Assembly (NCBI RefSeq): GCF_001194135.2
Contig: NC_069004.1
Span: 23,766,910 to 23,800,857 of the forward strand
Length of the DNA stretch: 33,948 nt
Reading direction: 5' to 3'
DNA from: Octopus bimaculoides
Lineage: Eukaryota
Under the pieces are notes generated by a model. That model did not search any database and was not told the DNA's origin. It was given only the letters and a program-made list of their open reading frames with translations. A program made the position numbers and the translations under genes. Positions 12,543-23,712 of this stretch are shown here, piece after piece (within the stretch, counting starts at the first letter, position 1; each line of letters begins with the position of its first letter).

Positions 12543-13795
12543 TTAAGGTGGCAAGCTGGCAGAATCGTTAGCATGCTGGACAAAATGCTTAGCGGCATTT
12601 TGTTCATCTTTGCATTCCGAGTTCAAATTCCACCGAGGTCAACTTTGCTTTTCAGCCTTTTGGGGTTCGATAAAATAAGAACCAGTTGAATGCCCCTCCC
12701 TTCAAATTTCAGCCCTTGTGCCTATAGTAAAAAGGATTGTTGTTGTTGCTGCTGCTGCTGCTGCTGTTGTTGAGGATTCAACAACAGCAACAACTAGTAG
12801 AGCTAGCAGAATCATTTGCATGCCTGACAAAAAAGCTTAACAGCGTTTCATTCATCTTGATGTTCTAAGTTCAAATTCCACTGAGGTCAACTTTGCCATT
12901 CATCATTTTGGGGTCGCTGAAATAAGTACTAGTTCAGCCCTAGACTCCCTGTTATCAACTACCCACTTCCAATAAAATTTCAGGCCTTATGTCTATAGGA
13001 GAAAGGATTAATATTATATTGTCTGTCATCCTTTCGTGATCAATAAAATGAGTACCAGCTGAGTACTGGTGTCAATGTAATTAACTTACCCCCTCCCCCC
13101 AAATTGTTGGCCTTGTGACAAAATTTGTAACTAATATTATCGTTAAGGCAAGTATGCTAACAGACTCATTAGCATGCCAGGTGAAACGCTAAGCGGGGTT
13201 TTGTCTATCTTTATGTTCTGAGTTGAAATTTTGCCAAGGTTGACTTTACCTTTTAATACTTTTGTGGTTGATGAAATAAATACCATTTTAGCTGGGGGGG
13301 GGGGGGCGCAATGTAATCGATTGCTGCCTCCCCCAAAGTACAAGCTTTGTGCCTGCTGTAGAAAGGATTATTTTATTGTTTTAGCCAAGGCAGTGAGTTG
13401 GCCAAATCTTTAGCATGGCAGACAAAATGCTTAGTGACCCTCCATCCATCTTTACTCTTTGACTTTTAATTCCTCCAAAGTTGACTTTGCCAGTCATCCT
13501 CTCGGGGTTGAACAGTGAGGTCAATGTAATTGACTAGTGCCATCCACAAATTTTCTGGGTTCATGCCTAGAGTAGAAAGTTTTACTGTTTCTGTTGTTGA
13601 GTCAGTGAGCTGGAAGAATTGCTTGAGCATCGGCCAATATTCTTAGCAGCATTTCTACCATCTTGCTTAAGTCTTGAGTTCAAAAGCCATTGAAGTTGAC
13701 TTTGCCTTTCAGCCTTTTAGGGATCAATGAAATAACATGGCAGTTCAGCAATTGGTTTACCTTTTCCCTTCTGTCAAATTTGAAACCTGTTGTTG
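12543..13795 (+). mobile_element. Head-to-tail array of about 6 SINE family B copies (tRNA head, Meta-domain-like core, (ATT/GTT)n tail)
   Basis: Copies at about 12543, 12800, 13020 (partial), 13143, 13388 and 13600. They share agctggcagaatc.ttagc, gagttcaaattcc, aggtcaactttgcctttcatcc, ggggtcgataaaataagtacc and gtgcct...agaaaggatt. The Meta-SINE resemblance is from memory. Confidence 0.88.
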
Positions 13796-13964
13796 TTGTT
13801 GTTGCTTGTCAATGCTGAAGCTTGATTAAAAGAGAATCCAGCTTGTACCACCACATAATTTTTCTAAGTGTAGGGGAAAGAACCCATGATAACCTTAGCC
13901 ATTGGGGCTTACTCTTTAAGATGACAGGCTATGACTTGAAAGAGATTTGGCTACCATTTCTAGC

Positions 13965-14016
<52 letters not shown>

Positions 14017-14445
14017 TTTATTCTTTTACTTGTTTCAGTCATTTGATTGTGGCCATGCTGAAGCACTGCTTTAAAGAGTTTTAGTTGAAGAAATCGACCC
14101 ACAGGACTTATTCTTTGTAAGCCTGGTACTTATTCTGTTGCACTCTTTTGCCAAACTGCTAAGTTATGGAGATGTAATCAAACCAACATCATTTGTCAAT
14201 AGATGGTTAGAGGACAAACACAGACACATACACATAAATATATATATATATATAGACACACATACACACACACACACACACACACAACAGGCTTCTTTCA
14301 GTTTCCGTCTACCAAATCCACTTACAAGACTTTGGTTGGCCTGAGGTTACATTAGCTGATACTTGGCCAAAGTGCCACACAGTGGGACTGAACTCAGAAC
14401 CATGTGGTTTGGATGCAAGTTTCTTACCACAAAGCCATGCCTGTC
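14017..14445 (-). mobile_element. SINE family A, full length
   Basis: Homologous to 9078-9459. A second partial copy follows at about 14497-14625. Confidence 0.9.
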
Positions 14446-15194
14446 TGCCTGTCTGTCTGTCTGTCTGTCTATCTCACATACACACACACACATATGCATG
14501 ATGAACTTCTTTTGGTTTCTATCTACCAAATCCACTCACAAGGTTTGGATCAGCCTGGGGCTATATTAAAAAGAAATTACCTGAGGTGCAACACAGTAGG
14601 ACTGAACCTAGAACCTTACAGTTGGAATAGTAACAATAATAATGTTGCTGATGATAATGGTAATATATGTATATATATATAATTTCTATATACTGCATCT
14701 TATACACCAAGTATACATAAATGGAAACCACTTTATATATATATATATATATATATNNNNNNNNNNNNNNNNNNNNNNNNNNNNNNNNNNNNNNNNNNNN
14801 NNNNNNNNNNNNNNNNNNNNNNNNNNNNNNNNNNNNNNNNNNNNNNNNNNNNNNNNCACATATTCTGTGACATATATATATTTCTCATGTTTCTCACAAA
14901 ATCTAAAATGCAATCATTGATTAATAAATGAAGACTTCTTGGATAAAATATTTTCATCTACTTTCATCTCATATCTCTCTTGATATCTTTGTTGTTGTCA
15001 TTATATACAAAAAAATTTTTTATCGTCCTGTCATTGATTTTCACAGAGTATCAATCAACAGGGTTTCTTGTAGTAAAGAGTCTATATTTAGGATATCAGC
15101 ATGTTGTGATATCTCTAGTTTTTGATAGCTGCTATATTTAGGATTTTTTTTTTTTTAATGTAATATTTCGATATTTGTAGTATTTATAGAGTTC

Positions 15195-15458
15195 TGTCTC
15201 TCTGGTGCATGACACCTTGAATGAAAGATAAGATCCTTCCTGTGTCATATATACTCAAAGGACCAGTTTCTTCTGTTTCCATCACACGTATACCCCTCTT
15301 CCTGGATGGGATGTTGATCCGTCACAGGATTACTCATTTTTGCCAGCTGAGTGGATTGGAGCAACATAAAATAAAGTGTTTTTTCTGGTCTAGGGATTGA
15401 AACCACAATCTTGCAATCATGAATCCAACACTCTAACCACTAAGCCGCGTATCTCCAT
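15195..15458 (-). mobile_element. SINE family C (tRNA head, CORE-type body)
   Basis: gccagctgagtggattggagcaacataaaataaagtg...gggattgaaaccacaatc...ctaaccactaagcc; on - the head reads ggcttagtggttagagtg...gtggtttcaatccc. Confidence 0.8.
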
Positions 15459-16049
15459 GCATGACTCTTTGGGTGCCTTCTTTTAGTGTAATTCTGAACC
15501 AATCAAAGTCTTGTGAATGTAATCGTTAAAAGCAAGCTCATTGTGTGTGTGTGTGTGTATGGCTTTCACTCTATACACGCCAGCTCAATTTGATTCACCT
15601 TTAATTAGTCGAAAGACACCTGTTGTTATTTTCTTGTTGTTTGTATTTGTAATTGTGTAACTTTCTCCATTTTTGTCTTTGTCCTACACATTTGCTTGCT
15701 TTTTCACAAAAACTCTAATGCTGTTAGACATTTTGGGGGCAACCAGATTTGAACAGTTTCATGTGTAACTGCCCAAAACTGTAAGGACAATCTGGAAACT
15801 TGACTGAGGAGAGAAGGCCTGTTCCTCTATTTGTTGTTTTTTCTGTCCACCTTTGTATTGTCTGTCTGTCAGGATGTTTTATTATCCTCTATTGCATTTT
15901 TGTTCTATAGTTTTGATATTTATATATATAAATTCAGTGGCGTATGTACACTTTTGCTCCTCTGCACTTTTTTGGTCGGGGGTACACTTTTTGGGGAGGG
16001 TAAATTTATATAAACTCATGAGTTAAAGTAGTTAAAGTTGGTTACATCA

Positions 16050-16204
16050 ACTCTGGTGTTTCACTGGTACTTAATTTATCTACCCCAAAAAGATGAAAGG
16101 CAAAGTAGACCTCAGCAGAATTTGAACTCAAAATGTAAAGACAAATGAAATGCTGCTAAGCATTTTGCCTGACATGCTAATGATTCTGCCAGCTTGCTGC
16201 CTTA
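16050..16204 (-). mobile_element. SINE family B
   Basis: ctggtacttaatttatc...gatgaaaggcaaagtagacctcagcagaatttgaactc...gctaatgattctgccagcttgctgccttaa is the reverse complement of the array units. Confidence 0.88.
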
Positions 16205-16438
16205 ATGGTAACAACAACAACAACAACAATGGCGATAATGTAACTATGATTAAACAAAGAAAATTAATGACTGAGAAGACGCCAAAAACAAAAAAAAAAT
16301 AAAGAAATCAATTATCACTATAGTTGTCTTACACTTTAAAACTATTAATTAAGAACATGTCTTTATAATTGTAAATTAATTAATTATTTAATCAATGTTA
16401 TATTTTGTTATGTTCTTTGTTGTTTCATCTCCTTACAG

Positions 16439-16529
16439 ACTTCTGCCAATCAACCATTGTGATTTGGTCCTGGTGCACATTGTTCCAGTTGGTGATGAAG
16501 TGAAGATCTCAGACAAACCTCTCAAGGAG
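16439..16529 (+). CDS. INTS13: INTS13 (asunder) internal coding exon, 91 nt, phase 2 to phase 0
   Basis: Pyrimidine tract and acceptor (tgtttcatctccttacag|A) and donor (GAG|gtaggt). After 1 nt it reads LLPINHCDLVLVHIVPVGDEVKISDKPLKE. This aligns without gaps to human INTS13 as I recall it (LMQIQKCELVLIHTYPVGEDSLVSDRSKKE, about aa 196-225; 14/30 identical by hand). It is below the ORF-track length cutoff. Confidence 0.93.
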
Positions 16530-16797
16530 GTAGGTGTATATTGTGTGTGTATATAATTCCACTGGGGTTACTGGTTCCCAGAGTTTGCTTGATGGGTAAA
16601 CACTGCTTAGGAGTTGGTCTTTAGTTTTCCATTGTGGCTGGCACTAGGATGCAAACACAGTAAAAATGGAATATGGTGGAAGAATCTCGGAATGATTTGA
16701 TTGGGTGCAGCTCTTTGGATGCTAATGATCTGGCATGGCTGACTGGACATAGAGCCTGTTTTGGAGGCAGTTGGTTTTTGCACTGGAGACAAACACA

Positions 16798-16846
<49 letters not shown>

Positions 16847-16954
16847 ATGGAAAAATATACAAATAATGATAGAAGTAGAGAGAGAGAGAAAGATTATAAT
16901 TCATTAATTGTACATGATTGGCATAAACTCTTTCCATCTCATGGGCACAAACTG

Positions 16955-17222
16955 AAAGAAGGAGTGAGAGGGGGCGGGTGAGAGACAGATGGAAAAGTGG
17001 AGTGAGGGAAAGAGGAAAGGAGAGAAAGAGGGAGATAAAGAGAGAGGAAGAGAGGGATGGAGGGAGGAAGGGGAAGGAAGGAGAGGAGGGGAGATAAAAG
17101 TAATGTGAGGAAAAGAGAGGAGAGGGGAAAGAGGGAGTAAGGGAGACCGAGGAAAGAAAGGAGGGAGGGAGAAAGAGAGGGGAAAGAGGGGGAAGAATGA
17201 GAGAAGCATTGAAAGGAAAGAG
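16955..17222 (+). repeat. GA-rich polypurine tract (about 265 nt)
   Basis: Almost exclusively G and A, with many GGG/GGGG runs. Confidence 0.9.
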
Positions 17223-17414
17223 TTGTTAAAATGTCAGCTGCAGCTGCACCGAAACAGCTGTGCCATAATGTCTCATACACAAAATATCTTAAATAACTTA
17301 ATCCACAAATACCAAATCAACATGATAAATTCATTGAATCCTTGTCAGTTTTACTGTTGTTGTTGATCCTGATGTTTGTTGGGGCCACTGTTTTGGTGTA
17401 TCTACTTACATCTG

Positions 17415-18420
17415 GGTGAACTATGCCATACTGAGGTACCCACCAACAGTTAGGTGGTGTATACCACACATGGTACCTACTGACTGTAAACTGATCTATA
17501 ATGTGCTATGGTACCAACTACTTAGATTTAGGTAATCTGTACTACATTGAAATACCTACGAACAGTCACATGATCTATACCATGCTGTTGTACTTCCTAA
17601 AAGTGAACTGATCCCTACTACACTGTGGTACCTCCTGACAGGTGACCTGTATTTCACTGTGGTACCTACTAACTAAAATGATCTATACCACACCTTGGTA
17701 GGTAGGTAACCTATATTGCACTGATGTACCCTCTTAGAGACAGCTAGGTGATCTATATCCTACTGTGGTACCTACTGATAGATGATCTATATCATGACTT
17801 GATACTTACTAGGTAATCTGTACTATGCTGTGGTACCTATATCAACATAATCTACACCAGGGTACCTACATAAACTTGACTGATCTATGCTATGTCGTGG
17901 TACCTACATACAGATACCTGATCTGTATATATACATATTTTCCTTCTCAGGTCATATCTATTCATAAGGGCTGGTTTCCCGGTTTCCATGGCGTATATAT
18001 TCCCCATCTGGGTGGGACACCGGACCATCGCAGGATTACTTATTTTTGCCTGCTGAGTGGACTGGAGCAATGTGAAATGAAGTGATTTGCTCAAGGATAT
18101 AATGTATCGCCCAGTCCAGGAATCAAAACCACAATCTTACAATCATGAGTCCAACACCCTAACCACACACCTCACCACACACACACACACACACACATAT
18201 ATACACTGATACCTAATGTGGGTGATTTGTACCACAGTATGGTACTTAAAATTTGGGTGATCTGTACACATTGTGGTACCAACTCACCATTAGATTATCT
18301 ACACCATACTATGATACCTTGTAGATATTCTATACCACACTATCACACTCACTTGCAGTTAGGTGGTCTGTACAACAGTGTGGTACCTACATACTGTTAA
18401 GTGATATGTACCATTAACTA
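17415..18420 (+). repeat. Degenerate minisatellite, about 20 units of 27-42 bp, consensus approx. GGTGATCTATACCACACTGTGGTACCTAC
   Basis: tgatct.tac and gtggtacc recur with about 35-bp periodicity. The array is interrupted by a SINE at 17945-18175. Confidence 0.88.
17945..18175 (-). mobile_element. SINE family C inserted in the minisatellite
   Basis: On -: gttagggtgttggactcatgattgtaagattgtggttttgattcctgg (tRNA-like head), ccttgagcaaatcacttcatttcacattgctccagtccactcagc (CORE-like), and tail gaaaccgggaaaccagcccttatga. Confidence 0.85.
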
Positions 18421-20211
18421 TATTAACTATAGCACTTTGGAAGGTATATATGTCATACAACAGGACCTGCTTACATCTAGGGAGACTTGATTGTTGATCG
18501 TAGGTGAATGCAAGCAGGCCTAAGCTTAAGAGTGAATAAAACAAGTCATATAAATAGGAATGCTTAGAAAACAGAGAGAGAGAGAGAGAGAGAGATCTGC
18601 ATGTGTGTCTGTATTTATACATCCTTGAAAAGTTGTAAATGCATAGATTCAGAAGGGGTAAAAGGAGTGGGGAAAAAATAGCAAAAGTTTGATGCTTCAG
18701 ACATTTATCTCTTTAATGGTATGCAGGCATAATATGTACATTCACTTATACTTGTATCTATGTCTATGTATGTGTGTGTGTGTGTGTGTGTATGTGCTTA
18801 TATATATATATATATAATTATAAAATCTGGTAATAATCATATATTAATTAATATCGATTAATTATCAGGAGGCCAGCACATCTAAAGAATCAAAGAGATT
18901 CAGAATCTCAGGGGATTAAGGTACATTTTAAAAAAATAACGTTGACCACTAACGTGGANNNNNNNNNNNNNNNNNNNNNNNNNNNNNNNNNNNNNNNNNN
19001 NNNNNNNNNNNNNNNNNNNNNNNNNNNNNNNNNNNNNNNNNNNNNNNNNNNNNNNNNNNNNNNNNNNNNNNNNNNNNNNNNNNNNNNNNNNNNNNNNNNN
19101 NNNNNNNNNNNNNNNNNNNNNNNNNNNNNNNNNNNNNNNNNNNNNNNNNNNNNNNNNNNNNNNNNNNNNNNNNNNNNNNNNNNNNNNNNNNNNNNNNNNN
19201 NNNNNNNNNNNNNNNNNNNNNNNNNNNNNNNNNNNNNNNNNNNNNNNNNNNNNNNNNNNNNNNNNNNNNNNNNNNNNNNNNNNNNNNNNNNNNNNNNNNN
19301 NNNNNNNNNNNNNNNNNNNNNNNNNNNNNNNNNNNNNNNNNNNNNNNNNNNNNNNNNNNNNNNNNNNNNNNNNNNNNNNNNNNNNNNNNNNNNNNNNNNN
19401 NNNNNNNNNNNNNNNNNNNNNNNNNNNNNNNNNNNNNNNNNNNNNNNNNNNNNNNNNNNNNNNNNNNNNNNNNCCTGAACTCATCCATGAAAATCCAGTC
19501 ACATATAGAATAATTTAATAAGTAAATACACTAAAAAGAACTATAATAAAAATACAATGTAATAATTATTAAAATAATAAAACGACTACATTGAGTTTTT
19601 ACCTGTAAATTTAAATTTTTATCTTTAATATTATTATATCATAATTATACAAATATATATATATGTATATTGTTGTTATTATGCAAAAGTGACATAAGTC
19701 CAAAACGTTGCTTTTTCAGAAAACGAAAAAATAGTTTCACCATTCCATAGCAAAATCGTTGTGCTACACTTTGACAGTTTTTGATATCTTGGCATCTGAA
19801 GCAGCTGAAGATAGTTTGACCAAAAGAACCAGCTATTACAAACAAAAATAAATATTGAAAACAATGCATTTGGTCAAATTTGGATATACGACAGTTTAAC
19901 ATAATAGTGATGAAAGTAGTCAACATTTGCATAAATACTACTTATAAAATGTATGCACCACTACAAACAATATGTGTATGTATGTATGTATGCATGTATG
20001 TATGTATGTATATCTATATAAAGCTTTTGACGTATCTAAACATAATGTAATAAATTATTCCTCTGAAGAACCGTTGTGGCTTAACATCTTCTTGCCTTAT
20101 GAAGACCATTGCAGAGAATGCAAATACTCACAATAGTGAAACATATGTNNNNNNNNNNACACACACATACACATTCACATAATAAATAATACATATATGT
20201 GTATCTTGCAG

Positions 20212-20340
20212 GTGTCTCCACAACTATCGGTGGAGGTTCACGTGACCCAGGCCGGTCGTATCCTGTACAACAAACTCGCAGCATTGGTTCAGCAGTACTA
20301 CAACTTGTCTTCAACCACCGTAACAGGAATTCCAATGAAG
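20212..20340 (+). CDS. INTS13: INTS13 (asunder) next coding exon, 129 nt, phase 0 to phase 0
   Basis: Acceptor tcttgcag|GTG and donor AAG|gtaaga. Reads VSPQLSVEVHVTQAGRILYNKLAALVQQYYNLSSTTVTGIPMK (inside ORF 20197..20406). Aligns without gaps to recalled human LSPVLTSEVHSVRAGRHLATKLNILVQQHFDLASTTITNIPMK (25/43 identical by hand) and joins in frame to the 16439-16529 exon. Confidence 0.95.
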
Positions 20341-20362
20341 GTAAGAGAGACAGAGATAGATA

Positions 20363-20401
<39 letters not shown>

Positions 20402-20481
20402 GATAGAATTTAATTGTCTGTATTTGATGGTTTAAAAGACGCACTGACATATTAGACAAATCCTGATTTCAACATTGACTA

Positions 20482-20888
20482 TCTTTTATCTTTTACTTGT
20501 TTCATTCATTGGACTCTGGCCATGCTGGAGCACTGTCTTGAAGAAGTTTTAGTCAAATGAATTAACCCCAGTACTTATTTTTCTTTAAGCCTGGTACTTA
20601 TTCCGTCAGTCTCCTTTGCTGAATTGCTAAGTTACTAGGATGTAAACACACCAACACCAGTTGTCAAGTGGTGGTGGTGAGGGGCAAACAGACACAAACA
20701 AACACACACACACACACACACACACATGACAAGCTTCTTTCAGTTTCTATCTGCCAAATCCACTCGTGAGGCTGTGACCAACCTGAGGCTAAAGTAAAAG
20801 ATACTTGCCCAAGTTGCCACCCAGTGGGACTGAACTTGGAACCATGTGGATGAGGGGCAAACTTCCTACCACACAGTCATGCATGTGC
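20482..20888 (-). mobile_element. SINE family A, full length, about 140 nt downstream of the INTS13 exon
   Basis: Homologous to 9078-9459. Confidence 0.9.
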
Positions 20889-22639
20889 ATATTCAGGGAA
20901 AAAAAGTTGTTAGTGTATTGAAGCAGGTAATTATAGGTTCAACTTTGCATTTAGGATCTGGGGTGATTTTTTTGTTTTGGGACATGGGCATGAAACCTTT
21001 CAATCCTTCCTTTGTTTGCTGACCCATGCTGTAAGCCCCAATTAATAGTGTTTCACCCTTCTCTTACTGACCTGCCCAAAGTTTTCTGGCTCATGTTACA
21101 AAATCTCTCAAAGGCACTCAAAATGACCTCTTCATATTTAAATGCGAATTTCAGTGCAAAATTTCATTTGTACATTTGCAAAGATACATGATTTTATTAA
21201 GTAAACAATTGAGTTACACCGTTGAACATTATTTTGCATGATCTCTGAATTCTGTGAATTTATGGAGATTTTCTGTCATATTTTGATGCTTTGCTTTTCT
21301 GAAATTTTTCACTGTGGACATAAAAATGGATACCAGTTTCATGTTGTCTAGCAGTGGTTTGGAAGTGAAAGAATTTTTGATCAGAAATAGAAAAATCTAG
21401 TAAAATATACACTGAACATAAAAACCAGGTGTGTGATTATGAATTGGATAGTTCTATTTCCGAAGGTGAAATGATTCTGACAACAATTACAATAGCAATA
21501 AAAATCAGATGAATTTGTACCTGAATGTAGTAAGAATTTGAAACTGTTTTTCTTTGTTATCTTCAGGAAACGATTAGTTCTAACCACAGTCTTTCTAATG
21601 AAACAAAAATCATTAGATTATTATTTTTTTTTTACTGTTTCCTTTGAAGTGATTACTGCAGGAATCAATTGTTACACAGAACATAAACAAAAAGGGTAAA
21701 AAGATAGTTTCTGATTTCCCACCTGCTTAGGAGATATCTGAGCGATTTAAGAATGGTGTATGTACATGCATGCGTGCATGTGTATATGTGTGTGTGTGTG
21801 TTTATTATATGCAATTTGATTTATAAATAGATTTTTTCAAATTTACCTTGCTTTTATTTCTTATTTACCTATAATTTTAATTTACCTGTAAGGTGTGTGT
21901 AACATATTTTAATTAATTTTTACTGTGAATCATTATTATATATGTTTCTATACATTTATGTACGTGTGTGAGTTTATTTCATTTCCTTAATTGGGTGTGT
22001 ATTTCGTTTTTTAGTTTTCTTCAAAGATTATATTCCAGTATTTCATTCTGTTTTACCTTTGCAGTACCTTGTCTTATTCTGCATTAATTTCAATTGATAG
22101 ATAATCCAGTAATTTGCACAATTCTTCTATATTAAAATTTTGTTGTCTTCTCGATTGAATATTAGCTAATAACTCATTTTCTATGGTGATGTTTAAACAG
22201 AATTAAAATGATTTTATATTTTGTTGAATATACCTCTGTTTCCACGTATTTTTAATTCACTTTGAGACAAATTATATGATAGATTTGGTTACGAACCTTT
22301 TGCTAAACTGTATTCCAAAAATCACATTAATATGTTGATAAAGATGAAAAAGAGGTGTTTTATGAAAAGTCTAAATTAATGATTGATTTACAATTTAATT
22401 AAAATACATAAGAGGTGTATTTTGACTAGAAATATAGTAACAAAAGGGCTAAATAAAAACAAGTCTCTCATTTGTATAACTCCTTCCACAACTACTCTGT
22501 CATTTACTCCTCTTCCCTCTCCTCCTTTGTCTCTGTTTCTTTCTCTCTGTGGATACATGTGTAGTTTTCTTTTACTCTCTGCCTGCCACCAAGCCTTATG
22601 TGTGCAGTCAACCAGCACTTCATATGTTAACCCTCTGTT

Positions 22640-22902
22640 CATCTCAAAAAGAAGATTGAGTTTCAGCTGTGCAAGATCTTCCTCGATTGTGTCAAGGAAG
22701 ACATAGGCATTTTGAAAACGCTTATAACTGGTGATGAATCATGGGTTAGGGTGATGACCTTGAATCTCAGGCAAAAAAATCAAATTCCACTTGAAAAGAA
22801 CAAAATTTCAAGATGTTGGGGAAATCAAAGAAAATATGACAAGGTGGTAGCTGCTCACCATCTGCAAAAGGGAGTTACAGGAATGCTTCCATCTATGGAA
22901 AT
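22640..22902 (+). mobile_element. Internally deleted mariner transposase remnant
   Basis: Reads LDCVKEDIGILKTLITGDESWV (first catalytic Asp motif ITGDE(S/T)W), then jumps to C-terminal LKRTKFQDVGEIKENMTR...ELQECFHLWK. Confidence 0.8.
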
Positions 22903-23074
22903 GATGCTGGTGTGTTTACGTCCCCATAACGTAGCGGTTCGGAAAAAGAGACCGATAGAATAAGTACAAGGCTTACAAAGAATAAGTCCTGGGGTCGATT
23001 TCTTCGACTAAAGGTGGGGCTCCAGCATGGCCACAGTCAAATGACTGAAACAAGTAAAAGAGTAAAAGAGTAAA
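22903..23074 (+). mobile_element. SINE family A, 5'-truncated, well preserved
   Basis: gatgctggtgtgtttacgtccccataacgtagcggttcgg...gtcaaatgactgaaacaagtaaaagagtaaaagagtaa. Confidence 0.92.
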
Positions 23075-23099
23075 GTGTAACACCCCAACATTTCAAGTA

Positions 23100-23571
23100 T
23101 AAACATTTATGGCTTGAACAAAGTTTGCTTGCCAATTCTTTGACTGAAACTTCATGATCTCTTTCAAGTTCTGCCAAAAGGTTCTTGTCATCAAACTCAA
23201 TTGGACGTCCTGTTCAGGCCTTATCTTCAAAGCTGAAATCTCCACGTTTGAATTTTACAAAGTGTTTTCTGCAAGTTCTTTCCTTCAGGCATTCTTCTCC
23301 ATAAGCTGATTGAATATTTCGAGTCATTTCTGTCGCAGAATTCCCTTTTTGAAACTCGGGAAGCATTATGTGCCTCAAATACTCCTTAGACACCATCATG
23401 TCTGAAGAGCTGAAGTTTCAAAGATTATTCTGCAGAATGAAATTTAATCAGTTTAAATATGTCCAAATACATATAAATATTTCTTGATGCCATTAGATAT
23501 TATAAAATACTGTCAAAGCATTTACAAGTTGAAAATATAGAAGTCTGGACATTGCTCATGGGATGACCTGA
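23100..23571 (-). mobile_element. Mariner element 5' part: terminal repeat plus N-terminal HTH of the transposase
   Basis: ORF 23214..23399 reads MMVSKEYLRHIMLPEFQKGNSATEMTRNIQSAYGEECLKERTCRKHFVKFKRGDFSFEDKA, continuing *TGRPIEFDDKNLLAELE. It resembles Hsmar1/Mos1-type N-termini (EF..G..A....RNI...G......T...F.KF..GD.S.ED..R.GRP). The terminus tcaggtcatcccatgag abuts a TA dinucleotide. Confidence 0.88.
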
Positions 23572-23603
23572 TATATATGTATGCATATATATATATCTTT
23601 TTA

Positions 23604-23663
<60 letters not shown>

Positions 23664-23680
23664 TATTGAANNNNNNNNNN

Positions 23681-23712
<32 letters not shown>

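Larger units (their letters stand above)
16530..20211 (+). other. INTS13: GT-AG phase-0 intron of INTS13 (3682 nt as assembled, contains two N gaps)
   Basis: Starts gtaggt and ends ttgcag. The flanking exons give a continuous protein alignment, so no further constitutive exon is needed in between. Confidence 0.9.

Noticed and set aside
16530-16539. Tandem +4 donor (gtag|gtgtat) that could frameshift the exon
   Set aside because: The downstream site is much weaker than GAG|gtaggt and there is no evidence of use.
17415-18420. CRISPR-like appearance (about 35-bp period, internal palindrome)
   Set aside because: The whole unit is degenerate rather than a constant repeat plus unique spacers. The context is a eukaryotic intron with no cas genes.
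18866-18925. cag|GAGGCC...TTAAG|gtacat exon-like segment within the INTS13 intron
   Set aside because: No pyrimidine tract, a stop codon in the phase-0 frame, and the flanking exons already align continuously.
21320-21520. Acidic reading frames suggestive of a piggyBac transposase N-terminus
   Set aside because: Low-complexity resemblance only, with no diagnostic motif.
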